Origin: a virus
Lineage: Duplodnaviria > Heunggongvirae > Uroviricota > Caudoviricetes
Direction: 5' to 3' (one strand)
Length of the DNA stretch: 42,662 nt
IMG/VR virus record: IMGVR_UViG_3300046011_008537
Shown here: positions 15,938 through 25,776 of the stretch, in pieces
Layout: every line of letters begins with the position of its first letter
Position numbering within the stretch: position 1 is the stretch's first letter
Notes under the pieces: generated by a model
Seen by the model: only the letters and a program-made list of their open reading frames with translations
Told to the model about the DNA's origin: nothing
Databases searched by the model: none
Program-made: the position numbers and the translations under genes

Positions 15938-16894
15938 ATGTCTACATTCTTTTCAACTTACCCTAAAACAATTATTAACAATAGATTAATTACGGATTTG
16001 ACAGCAAGAGCTGCAATTAGACAAAAATATTCAGATAGATTATCAATTTATTATCCATATGCATTACAAGAAGGCGATACTCCGGAAATAATTGCAGCAA
16101 AATATTATGGGGATCCAGAAAGGCATTGGATTGTTATGTTGGCTAACGATACAATTAACCCATTTTTTGATTTTGCTTTAGACTACCAAGTTTTTGACCG
16201 ATATTTAAATGACAAATATAAAAACGAAGCAAATAGCGTGAATCAATGGGCGGATTCTACTTGGAGAGGGCAATGGAATACAAATCAATATTTTGTCGCA
16301 AATACTGTAATTGTTAGTAATACTGCGTTTATTTGCAATAAAACTCATACTCCAACAGTATTTCTTGATGATTTAAAGAAAAATTATTGGACTAGAATTC
16401 TTGATGGAGTTTATTGGAAAGATGAATGGCAAGAAAATATGGACTATAACAAAAATGATGTTGTTAGACATAATAATACGATTTATATCTGTACGCAAGA
16501 TAACCTAGATAACGCAAATAATAATATCACATTTTCTGATGCAAATTACTGGAAAACGTATAGTAATGGAGCAGAATATGCAGCAGTAACAACTTACGGG
16601 TATAGAGCCACCACATCTGTATTTGATAGTAATACTAATGCAACAACTGAAAATACAATATTTATTGATAAAAAATCATATAATGGAGAGTATGACGATG
16701 ACGTATTTAATTATGCTTCAGAAGTAAAAGAATCAGGTAATATTACTAAAACAACAAGTAAAGAACGAATTTCAATATACCAATATGAACAAGAATTAAA
16801 TGAATCTAAACGAGAAATAAAATTAATTAGAGAAGAATATGTACCTCAATTAGAACAAGAATTAAAAATATTAATGGAAACATATTATGGCTGA
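15938..16894 (+). CDS. gp53: Baseplate wedge protein gp53 (LysM-like) with inserted Trp-rich modules
   Basis: FFSTYP N-terminus, Y.LQEGDTPEIIA.KYYGD...HWIVMLAN, C-terminal YQYE.ELNESKREIKL. Confidence 0.9.
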   Translation: MSTFFSTYPKTIINNRLITDLTARAAIRQKYSDRLSIYYPYALQEGDTPEIIAAKYYGDPERHWIVMLANDTINPFFDFALDYQVFDRYLNDKYKNEANSVNQWADSTWRGQWNTNQYFVANTVIVSNTAFICNKTHTPTVFLDDLKKNYWTRILDGVYWKDEWQENMDYNKNDVVRHNNTIYICTQDNLDNANNNITFSDANYWKTYSNGAEYAAVTTYGYRATTSVFDSNTNATTENTIFIDKKSYNGEYDDDVFNYASEVKESGNITKTTSKERISIYQYEQELNESKREIKLIREEYVPQLEQELKILMETYYG

Positions 16895-18233
16895 TGGTTT
16901 ATTTTATTCGCAAGATGTATCCATAAAAACTTGCAAAATTGTTGGTAATAATGGAGCACCTATTGATATAAAAAATTTAATTGTGGAATTTAATTATTTT
17001 GAAGATATTTTTTCTAATTTCGTTAATGGCGCAATAGTAATTAATGATTCTATTGGTATTATACAAATGTTTCAATTTCAAGGTCAAGAGGTACTGATTG
17101 TTTCGATAGATAAACCTGGATTAGAAAAACCTTTAAGTAAAACATTAAGAATCTATAAAGTTAGCGGAAGAACTCAAACAAAAACTTCTAATGAAAATTT
17201 TGTTTTACATTTTTGTTCAGAAGAAGCTATGTTAAATGAACAATATAAAATATCAAAATCATATTCAAATACAAAAATTCTTGATATTGTAAAAGATATA
17301 GTTAAAAATGATTTACAAATTGATGATAAACTTTTTACAAATCACGATGAAACTACTGGAATGAAAAGTTTAGTTGTTCCAAATTTAAAACCATTACAGG
17401 CAATTAATTGGTTAACAACTTTTGCTCAAGCTGATCAAGATAAAAATGCTGGCGCTTTTTATCTATTTTATGAAGATAAAACTGGATTTAATTTTAAATC
17501 CGTATTAAATTTATATAAACAGCCGATATTCAGAAAATATCAGTATGAAGAAAAGAATTTAAAAAAAGATTTAGTTACAGATTTAACGAAAGAATTTGTC
17601 AACGTTATTGCATTTGAGTCAGTTGGCTCATTTGATTCTGTATCTGCAGTAAAAAGTGGAGCTATGGCAAGTAAAACAATAACAATTGATCCATTAAGGT
17701 TAAAATTCGGCGAAAGTAATTATGATTATACCAAATATATTCAAAACGTGCAATCTTTAGATAAAGCGCCAATACCAAATTCAGCTACAAATAGAAAAGG
17801 AGATTTGTTAAGTCAAACAGCTGGTGCTGTTAAATTTGTAGTTTCAACCTCTGGCCAAAGCGAAAATAAATATATTAAAGATAAAGAAATTCAAGTTAAT
17901 GAACATAGACCAGAAGAAACAACTTCTATTAGATCTGCCCAAATGGCTTTAATGTGGTCAAATAGAATAAAACTTGTTGTTGCCGGTGATGTAGAAATGA
18001 CTGTTGGTAAAATTGTTGAATTTAATAAACCAGAGATAAGTTATAATAATTCTAATAGCAAAGAGAAAAAATCTGATCCATTTTATTCGGGTAGATATCT
18101 TGTTACTGCTGTTAGGCATATACTAAATCAAGAAAATAGATTTTTAACAGTATTGGAACTTTGTAAAGATTCATATCCAAATAAATTTAAAGATTTTGAT
18201 AATTCTGATGCAGGTTGGAAGGGTGTAAGATAA
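16887..18233 (+). CDS. Probable baseplate hub protein (gp27-like)
   Basis: FEDIF...G.I.I.DS, L.F.SEE, FYEDKTGFNFKS, SGRYLVTAVRH; between gp53 and gp5. Confidence 0.6.
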   Translation: MADGLFYSQDVSIKTCKIVGNNGAPIDIKNLIVEFNYFEDIFSNFVNGAIVINDSIGIIQMFQFQGQEVLIVSIDKPGLEKPLSKTLRIYKVSGRTQTKTSNENFVLHFCSEEAMLNEQYKISKSYSNTKILDIVKDIVKNDLQIDDKLFTNHDETTGMKSLVVPNLKPLQAINWLTTFAQADQDKNAGAFYLFYEDKTGFNFKSVLNLYKQPIFRKYQYEEKNLKKDLVTDLTKEFVNVIAFESVGSFDSVSAVKSGAMASKTITIDPLRLKFGESNYDYTKYIQNVQSLDKAPIPNSATNRKGDLLSQTAGAVKFVVSTSGQSENKYIKDKEIQVNEHRPEETTSIRSAQMALMWSNRIKLVVAGDVEMTVGKIVEFNKPEISYNNSNSKEKKSDPFYSGRYLVTAVRHILNQENRFLTVLELCKDSYPNKFKDFDNSDAGWKGVR

Positions 18234-19216
18234 TGAGCGCAAAAAGAGGAAATTTCATTGGACATAATGGATTTGTTTGGTGGATTGGGGTAGTCGAGGA
18301 TAGAATGGATCCCCTTAATCTTGGAAGATGTAGAGTTAGAATTCAAGGATTACATGAATCAACTAAAGGAAAAGTTCCAACCAATACATTACCATGGGCT
18401 CAACCCCTATTTTCCATTAATGGTTCTGCTTCGACTCCCACTACATTAAAAGAAGGCGATTTTGTGATGGGATTCTTTATGGATGGTAATGGAACACAAT
18501 TTCCAATTATTATGGGTATGTTTCATGGTATTCCAGAAGATTCTTCTGATGCTGAAAAAGGATATACCGATCCACGAACTGAAGAGCAATTAAAATCTGC
18601 TCCTAGAAAAGTTAAATCGGTTGATTATAGCAAAACAGGCGGAGCAGTAATTACTGAAGCTCCCTCAGCTAATTCTTATCCAAATAGATTACATGAACCA
18701 ACAACCAGTCGATTATCTAGAAATGAAGGTATCGAAAATACTATTATTAAAACTAAAAATGATTCAGTAAAAGCAGCTAAAGGACCGAAAGGTGCAACTG
18801 CTTGGACAGAACCTAATTCTCCATATAAAACAACTTATCCATACAATCAAGTTGTAAGCACTGAATCAGGACATTATTTTGAGCTTGACGATACGCCTGG
18901 AGCTGAACGTATACATATGTATCATAGAAGCGGAACGTTCTCTGAGACCCATCCAGATGGTTCACAGGTCGAGAAGATTGTTAAGGATAAATATACAGTT
19001 ATATTAAATAATGATAAAGTTTCAATATCTGGAGATTGTTCAGTGACTATTGAGGGGAGTAATAAAGTTTATATTATTGGAAATTGTGATACTACTATTG
19101 ATGGAAATTATACTATGACGATTAATGGAAATATGACAACAACTGTTGCTGGAACTATAAACCAAACAAGTGGTGGAGCAACTAATATTAAAGGTTCATC
19201 AATAAACTTAAACTAA
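18233..19216 (+). CDS. gp5: Baseplate central spike gp5 (OB fold plus short beta-helix, no lysozyme domain)
   Basis: WWIGVVEDR.DP..LGRCRVRI.G.H...LPWA; YPYNQV..TESGH.FE.DDTPG.ERI; 8-residue repeats. True start ATG 18233. Confidence 0.92.
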   Translation: MSAKRGNFIGHNGFVWWIGVVEDRMDPLNLGRCRVRIQGLHESTKGKVPTNTLPWAQPLFSINGSASTPTTLKEGDFVMGFFMDGNGTQFPIIMGMFHGIPEDSSDAEKGYTDPRTEEQLKSAPRKVKSVDYSKTGGAVITEAPSANSYPNRLHEPTTSRLSRNEGIENTIIKTKNDSVKAAKGPKGATAWTEPNSPYKTTYPYNQVVSTESGHYFELDDTPGAERIHMYHRSGTFSETHPDGSQVEKIVKDKYTVILNNDKVSISGDCSVTIEGSNKVYIIGNCDTTIDGNYTMTINGNMTTTVAGTINQTSGGATNIKGSSINLN

Positions 19217-19218
19217 AT

Positions 19219-19623
19219 ATGGCAACTAATACTATAAAAAATTTCAGTGGATATGTAGATTTGGATTTAACTTTCCAACCGCATCCAGCAAAAAAAGATT
19301 TAATGTTATCTATAGGGGAAGTTGCTGTATCTAGAGCATTAAAAAATTTATTGCTAACAAATTATTATGAAAAACCATTTAAACCGGATTACGGGTCAAA
19401 TTTAAGAAAATTATTATTTGAACCAATGTCTCCAATTACTACTTCGGCATTATCAAAAGAAGTAGAATATGTTATACGAAATTTCGACAAAAGAGTTACT
19501 CTACAATCAGTTGATGTTGAAGCATTGTATGATTATAATGTTTATCAAGTAACAATCACATTTTATATAGAAAATTTAGTCGAACCATTTACAGCAGATT
19601 TTATTTTATCTAGACTAAGATAA
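19219..19623 (+). CDS. gp25: Baseplate wedge protein gp25
   Basis: DLDL.F..HP, AV.RALKNLLLTN.YEKPF.P.YGS.L..LLFEP. Confidence 0.93.
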   Translation: MATNTIKNFSGYVDLDLTFQPHPAKKDLMLSIGEVAVSRALKNLLLTNYYEKPFKPDYGSNLRKLLFEPMSPITTSALSKEVEYVIRNFDKRVTLQSVDVEALYDYNVYQVTITFYIENLVEPFTADFILSRLR

Positions 19624-19653
19624 ATAATATTAAAAGGATTTAGGGGATAAATA

Positions 19654-21690
19654 ATGGCTAGTGCCAATTCATCAGTTAATATTGCAGAATTAGATTTTGA
19701 TGCAATTAAAAATAATTTTAAAGATTATTTACGAGGTCAGGATAAATTTTTTGATTATGACTTCGAAAGTTCAGTTATATCTACAGTATTAGATTTATTA
19801 GCATATAATACACATTATAATGCATATTATCTAAACATGGTTGCCAACGAATCATTTTTAGATACAGCTGTAAAAAGAAGTTCTACAGTATCTCATGCAA
19901 AATTATTAAATTATACTCCTTCTTCTAGAAGAGCTGCAAAAGCATCGTTAAATATTAAATTTAATGGCGTACCTGCACCAGACGTAAATATCCCAAAATA
20001 TACAAAATTCTACTCTCAAGCAATAGATAATACTAATTACTCGTTCGTAACTTTAGATGCAATAACAACTACAACAAGTAATGGAGTTGCTCAATTTTAT
20101 AGTATTCCAGTATATCAAGGACAACTAGTAAAATATACATTTAATGTTAATATGATACAAAATTCGACGTCAACATTTACTATACCAGATACAGATGTTG
20201 ATACTACAACATTAACAGTTTTAGTTTATGATAATTCACAGTCAACTGTTTTTAATAAATTTGAATTAGCTTCTAATCATTTAACTTTAGATAATACTTC
20301 GCAAGTTTATTTTTTACAAGAAGCATTAAATGGTAATTTTGAAATATATTTTGGAGATGGCGTTTTAGGTAAATCATTAACAACTGGAAACGTTATTACT
20401 GTTGAATATTTGACTACTAAAGGCGAAGCTCCTAATGGTGCATATAAATTTATATTAATGGATAATGTTGCCGGCGAGTCAAATAAAATTGATGTTACAG
20501 AAGTTGCTTCTGGCGGACAAGAAAGGGAATCGATTCAATCTATTAAATTCTCAGCTCCAAAAGCATATGCTTCCCAAAATCGAGCTGTTACTAAATCAGA
20601 TTATCTTGAATTATTAAAAAGAGATAATCCAATTTTACCAATTCAATCAGTTAATGTTTGGGGAGGAGAAGATATGACTCCTAAACAATTCGGTAAAATG
20701 TTTATTTGTATTAAACCCAATGGCGGATATAGTTTATCTGCGTCCCAAAAATACAGATTACTTAATGAATATATTAAACCATTTAGCGTTATTACAATAA
20801 CTCCTGAAATTGTTGATGTCGATTATACGTTCCTAAAATTATCTTCTAACATTTATTTTGATAGAAATAGATCTATTTTTGATGCTGTTCAATTATCTAG
20901 CCTTTTAAAGTTGGCAATATTAGATTTTTGTAATACAACGTTAAATACATTCGATTCCGTATTTATCTTACCTAATCTAATAACTACAATAAAAAATATT
21001 GATGCATCTATTATAACTTGCGAATCAACTGTTTCTTTACAAAAAAGATTTTTACCTATTTTTAATACAATTAATACGCACGAATTTAAATTTGAATCTT
21101 CTATAGTTAAAGGTTCTCTAGATAGCGATTATTTTGATTATCTTGATACCAATGGAAATATTGTACAAAATGTAAAAATAGAAGAATCTCCTGCAGTATT
21201 TAATGTAATTGAATCCGCGCAAATAATTAGCGGTGGCTCAGGTTATACGTCAATTCCTTCTGTTACAATTTTTGGCGATGGAACGGGAGCTATTGCAACA
21301 GCAGAAGTTACTAATGGAACTATAACTGCGGTAACTGTAACAACCTCTGGATTAAATTATACACAAGCAGTTGCTGTTGTTAGCGGAGGAGGAGGTTCCG
21401 GCGCGTCTATTATTCCTATTTTGAGCGGAAATATAATTAAATTAAGAGCGTATTATTATATTAATAACGTAAAAACTGTTTTATTAGATGATGTTGGAAC
21501 TATAGTTTATTCTACTGGTGTAGTTTCTCTAACAAAATTTAATCCATATAATATAAATAATCTATTAGGACAATTCTCAATTACAGTTACACCGGAATCT
21601 ACGATAATATCTTCAACACAAGATAAGATAATAACGTTAGATATTATGGACAATACGTCAATAACTATTAATATAAAGCCTAAAGTTTAA
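19654..21690 (+). CDS. gp6: Baseplate wedge protein gp6
   Basis: ELDFD.IK, DYDFE.S...LLAYNTHY...ESFLDTA, YFGDG.LG, SQNRAVT..DY. Confidence 0.95.
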   Translation: MASANSSVNIAELDFDAIKNNFKDYLRGQDKFFDYDFESSVISTVLDLLAYNTHYNAYYLNMVANESFLDTAVKRSSTVSHAKLLNYTPSSRRAAKASLNIKFNGVPAPDVNIPKYTKFYSQAIDNTNYSFVTLDAITTTTSNGVAQFYSIPVYQGQLVKYTFNVNMIQNSTSTFTIPDTDVDTTTLTVLVYDNSQSTVFNKFELASNHLTLDNTSQVYFLQEALNGNFEIYFGDGVLGKSLTTGNVITVEYLTTKGEAPNGAYKFILMDNVAGESNKIDVTEVASGGQERESIQSIKFSAPKAYASQNRAVTKSDYLELLKRDNPILPIQSVNVWGGEDMTPKQFGKMFICIKPNGGYSLSASQKYRLLNEYIKPFSVITITPEIVDVDYTFLKLSSNIYFDRNRSIFDAVQLSSLLKLAILDFCNTTLNTFDSVFILPNLITTIKNIDASIITCESTVSLQKRFLPIFNTINTHEFKFESSIVKGSLDSDYFDYLDTNGNIVQNVKIEESPAVFNVIESAQIISGGSGYTSIPSVTIFGDGTGAIATAEVTNGTITAVTVTTSGLNYTQAVAVVSGGGGSGASIIPILSGNIIKLRAYYYINNVKTVLLDDVGTIVYSTGVVSLTKFNPYNINNLLGQFSITVTPESTIISSTQDKIITLDIMDNTSITINIKPKV

Positions 21691-24389
21691 TGTCAAATAG
21701 ATATTCTACAATTTTCGATTCTAAATTCCCTGCGTTTATTAAGGACGATCCAGCATATTCAAGATTTATTGAATTTTTTGATGCTTATTATCAATGGTTT
21801 GATGACACTTATGATATATATGGGTTTGGAGATAAATTAGATATTGATTCCGGATTTCAAGAATTTTATGCATATTATGCAGCTGATTTTCTTCCATATT
21901 TTCCGGATATTGATACAATTGCAGCGGATAAAATAAAACTTTTAAAAATAGTAAAAGAATTATACAAAGCAAAAGGTATTCCGGATTCATTTAAATTTTT
22001 ATTTAGAGCATTATATAATACTGCTGTTGAAGTGTATCCAACCAGCGAGTTTATACTAAAACCAAGCGATGGTAAATGGATTGTACCTAGATCTATTAAA
22101 ATAAAATCTCTAGATCCTGCATTTTTAAATATAAACAATTTTAAAATATTTGGCGAAACTTCTAAATCGATTGGTGTTGTAGAAAAAAGTAAAATTAATG
22201 GTAAATTTATTCAGATTTATTTAAGTAATATTGAGCGAGTATTCTCTTCTGCAGAAACAATTAAAGTATTAGATTACAATAATAAAGAAGTTTATTTTTT
22301 AAATGGTGAACGCATTGAATATTCTTCAACACCGCCTATTGGAGCTACATCGCTATCTTCTAAAATTATTGGTTCGCTTTCTAATGTAACAATAAACCCA
22401 AATAGAAGAGGAAAATACTATAAAGTCGGCGATCCAGTTGTTATTTATGATGGGTTTAGTTTAATTACACCAAATCCTATTGGGGCAACTGCAACTGTTT
22501 CTGAAGTAACAACAGGACAAATACAAAACGTTGTAATTACAAATAGCGGCTATGGGTATAGAACATATCCAAATTCAGATATTCAAATTATTCGAACAGA
22601 TGGAACTATAGATACAAACGCTATTTGTATTGTATCATTAGTTGATGAATCTCGCCCAGCGAATGTTGCATATTTGACAAATGATGCAATTGAGGACAAT
22701 TTATTTGTTACGCTTGGTGCAAGCAATTATAATTTTCCGGTTTTTGCAAATGCTAATATAGCATTAATAAATTGTTTTTCGTTTTTGTCATACACAACAT
22801 ATCCAATTACTGCTGTGACAGTTAGAAATGGTGGCGGAGGATACGAGCAACCACCAACATTACAATTTCATTCTTCTTTTAAAGCAAACACAATTGGAAG
22901 TTATAGACAAGATATTGACGATATTGGTATATTAGCTCCAATAGAAATAATACATGGCGGTCAACAATATTCAAATACAGATACCTTAACGATCTCAGGT
23001 GGCGATGGAAGTTTTGCTTTTGCAAGAATTAAGTCAGTTAGTGCTAATGGTGCAATAACTTCAGTTGAATATTATTATAATACAAATAATCCATATAATG
23101 TTGGAGGAATGGGATATAATAATAATAATTTACCAACTGTTAATGTCAATTCTTCTACTGGATCAAATGCAATATTAACAATTCCATCTATATTAGGCAC
23201 GGGAGTCGAATATACTTTAGAAACAGATAGAATAGGTGCTATAACTAAGATTTCTTTAAATGATAACGGAGAAGATTATGTTTCTACTCCAAATGTTTCT
23301 CTAAGAATTCAAGATATAGTCATAACAGGTACTACTGTTGAAAGTATTGACCCTAAATCGTGTATTATATATCAAGGAAATTTAGAGACTCCATCATTTT
23401 ACGGTAAAATCGAATCAGTTTCGTCAATCTATTTTAATTCAGAAACAAGCGAACAAGTTTTTTCTGCTAGAGTTTACGATTATAAGGGAGCAATATCAGG
23501 AATATCTTCTTGTAATGTGTATAACACGTTAACAGAAACCGTTGTATCGAAAATAACACTACAAAGCGATTATAATACAACGACTTACAAAAATGGCGTT
23601 AGATTATTTGGAGATGGTTCAGCAAAAGCTACTGCAAAATTTTTAGATGGATTAATTTTTGACGAAGGGCGATATTTGAATGCAGATGGACAACCATCTG
23701 CGCACTCTGTATTACAAAGCGATGTATATAATCTTTCCACTTATATCTTAACAACAGAGAAAGATTACGATTCATATAAAGATGTTATTAAAAATTTATT
23801 ACATCCAATTGGAACTCAACTTATAACTAGAAATATTTTAAAATCTGAAGCAGCATTTTCAGTTTCAGCAAATTCTAATGTAATGACTGCGACAAATTTA
23901 ATAGATATCTCGAGTTTAGTTATTCAAAACCCAAATCCTGTAATAAATTTTTCCAATACGATATTAATTTATACTGATTCTGAATTAGATTCTATATTTT
24001 CTATAGGGTCTAAGATTGCAATTATAGGATATAATAATTTTAATATTTATTCTACAGTTAATGACATTAACACAATAGATAGCGAATTAATATTAGACGA
24101 TTACGTTCAATATAAATTTCCAAACGTGTTTAATGGATATACTCAAGCTAATACTATAATTATTTCTAAATACAATTATACAGGTTCTAATGCAAATGCT
24201 TCTATAGGAATTGGAGATGACATTTCTATGGGAAATAATATTGTTACTATAGAAAATATTGATTTTGCGAATAATATATTATATTTTCCAGTTAATTTAG
24301 AGTTAACTGGAACTGCATTAAATACAGCAAATGTTACTATTATTAAAAATTTAACATCAAATAACATTATAAAATATACAACGGTGTAA
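21690..24389 (+). CDS. Baseplate wedge initiator (gp7-like)
   Basis: P.FI......F.EF..AYY, LYKAKG...SF.FLFR.LY, LKPSDGKW, LLHPIG; between gp6 and gp8. Confidence 0.7.
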   Translation: MSNRYSTIFDSKFPAFIKDDPAYSRFIEFFDAYYQWFDDTYDIYGFGDKLDIDSGFQEFYAYYAADFLPYFPDIDTIAADKIKLLKIVKELYKAKGIPDSFKFLFRALYNTAVEVYPTSEFILKPSDGKWIVPRSIKIKSLDPAFLNINNFKIFGETSKSIGVVEKSKINGKFIQIYLSNIERVFSSAETIKVLDYNNKEVYFLNGERIEYSSTPPIGATSLSSKIIGSLSNVTINPNRRGKYYKVGDPVVIYDGFSLITPNPIGATATVSEVTTGQIQNVVITNSGYGYRTYPNSDIQIIRTDGTIDTNAICIVSLVDESRPANVAYLTNDAIEDNLFVTLGASNYNFPVFANANIALINCFSFLSYTTYPITAVTVRNGGGGYEQPPTLQFHSSFKANTIGSYRQDIDDIGILAPIEIIHGGQQYSNTDTLTISGGDGSFAFARIKSVSANGAITSVEYYYNTNNPYNVGGMGYNNNNLPTVNVNSSTGSNAILTIPSILGTGVEYTLETDRIGAITKISLNDNGEDYVSTPNVSLRIQDIVITGTTVESIDPKSCIIYQGNLETPSFYGKIESVSSIYFNSETSEQVFSARVYDYKGAISGISSCNVYNTLTETVVSKITLQSDYNTTTYKNGVRLFGDGSAKATAKFLDGLIFDEGRYLNADGQPSAHSVLQSDVYNLSTYILTTEKDYDSYKDVIKNLLHPIGTQLITRNILKSEAAFSVSANSNVMTATNLIDISSLVIQNPNPVINFSNTILIYTDSELDSIFSIGSKIAIIGYNNFNIYSTVNDINTIDSELILDDYVQYKFPNVFNGYTQANTIIISKYNYTGSNANASIGIGDDISMGNNIVTIENIDFANNILYFPVNLELTGTALNTANVTIIKNLTSNNIIKYTTV

Positions 24390-24391
24390 AT

Positions 24392-25762
24392 ATGATCAAA
24401 GGTTTAATTCCTTATTCTGGGTTATCGGAAGAAATAATAAAATATTACTTTTCTCCAAATTTAATATTTAAAAATAGTGAAGACGAATTTTTAAATTTAT
24501 ATTGCTTTATTGCAAAAGTCGATCCGTGGTTGGACGAAATAAATATTCCAGAACCAGAAAATTCTGATTTTTATTTAAAAAATGTCAATAAAAATTTAAT
24601 TGCTTTAAAAAAGATTAATACTAATGATATTTGCCCTGTTATAAAAAGAATTGATTGGGTAACTGGAACAATATATGAACATTATTCTTCTGATCAAGTT
24701 TCTAATATACAATATTACGTCAGAAATTCATACGATCAAGTATTTAAATGTTTATCAAATGGAACAACTAAAAATTCACTATCTGGAGTTCCTTCTATAA
24801 CGCAACCATTAATTGATTTTACCACTAATTTTACTAATAATATTATTGATACTGGAGATGGGTATATTTGGAAATATTTGTATAGTATTGACGTCGGCGC
24901 TAAATTAAAATTTTTTGACGAAAATTGGATGCCTTTACCAATAACTACACATAGAAAATCAATAAAAAATAATACAATTGGTTGTGGGGAAGTATCTATT
25001 ATTAATGTATATGATACAGGTGAAGGATATTCGAACGATAATGGTTTTAATATAACAACATCTATAAAAATAGATGGAGATGGCACTGGAGCGCAAGCTA
25101 GAGCTATTATTGCTAATAATAAAGTAGAAAAAATATTAATGATGAGTTTCGGCTCAAATTATACATATGCTACTGCAAACGTGGTTCCAAATATTGGATA
25201 TACAGGCAATGGCGCAGTTTTACTTTCTGAAATTTCTCCCGTCGGCGGTCATGGACACGATTTAATATCAGAATTAGGTTGCAGAACTCTTATGATTACC
25301 GCAGAATTTAATGGTACAGAAACTGGAACTTTACCTGCCGATATTGACTATAGGCAATTAGGATTATTAACCAATCCAGAAATACTTATTGGGTCAGAAA
25401 TAAAATTTGCAAATTCTTCTATATATAAAACAACTCATGACGTTACTGTTTCGCAAGGGTCTGGTATATATCAACAAGACGAAATTGTATATCAAGGCGA
25501 TGCTGCTACTCCAAGTTATTCGGGAAGAGTTTTAAATTTTGATGCAATAAATAACGTATTATACCTTATAAATACTCATGGAACGGTATCATTATATCAA
25601 GGGTTATTCGGAACTATATCAAATACTTCTCGGTTAATATTACAAGAAACAATCGAACAAGTAATTCCATTCTCTGGAAATATTATATACTTAGAAAATA
25701 GAACAAAAGTACAAAGAACTCCTTCTGGACTAGAACAATTTAGATTAACACTTAAATATTAA
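24392..25762 (+). CDS. gp8: Baseplate wedge protein gp8
   Basis: RIDW..G..Y, VFKCL.N, DGYIWKYLYSI, SP.GGHG.D, IIYLENR. Confidence 0.9.
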   Translation: MIKGLIPYSGLSEEIIKYYFSPNLIFKNSEDEFLNLYCFIAKVDPWLDEINIPEPENSDFYLKNVNKNLIALKKINTNDICPVIKRIDWVTGTIYEHYSSDQVSNIQYYVRNSYDQVFKCLSNGTTKNSLSGVPSITQPLIDFTTNFTNNIIDTGDGYIWKYLYSIDVGAKLKFFDENWMPLPITTHRKSIKNNTIGCGEVSIINVYDTGEGYSNDNGFNITTSIKIDGDGTGAQARAIIANNKVEKILMMSFGSNYTYATANVVPNIGYTGNGAVLLSEISPVGGHGHDLISELGCRTLMITAEFNGTETGTLPADIDYRQLGLLTNPEILIGSEIKFANSSIYKTTHDVTVSQGSGIYQQDEIVYQGDAATPSYSGRVLNFDAINNVLYLINTHGTVSLYQGLFGTISNTSRLILQETIEQVIPFSGNIIYLENRTKVQRTPSGLEQFRLTLKY

Positions 25763-25776
25763 GGTTTAAAAAAAAT

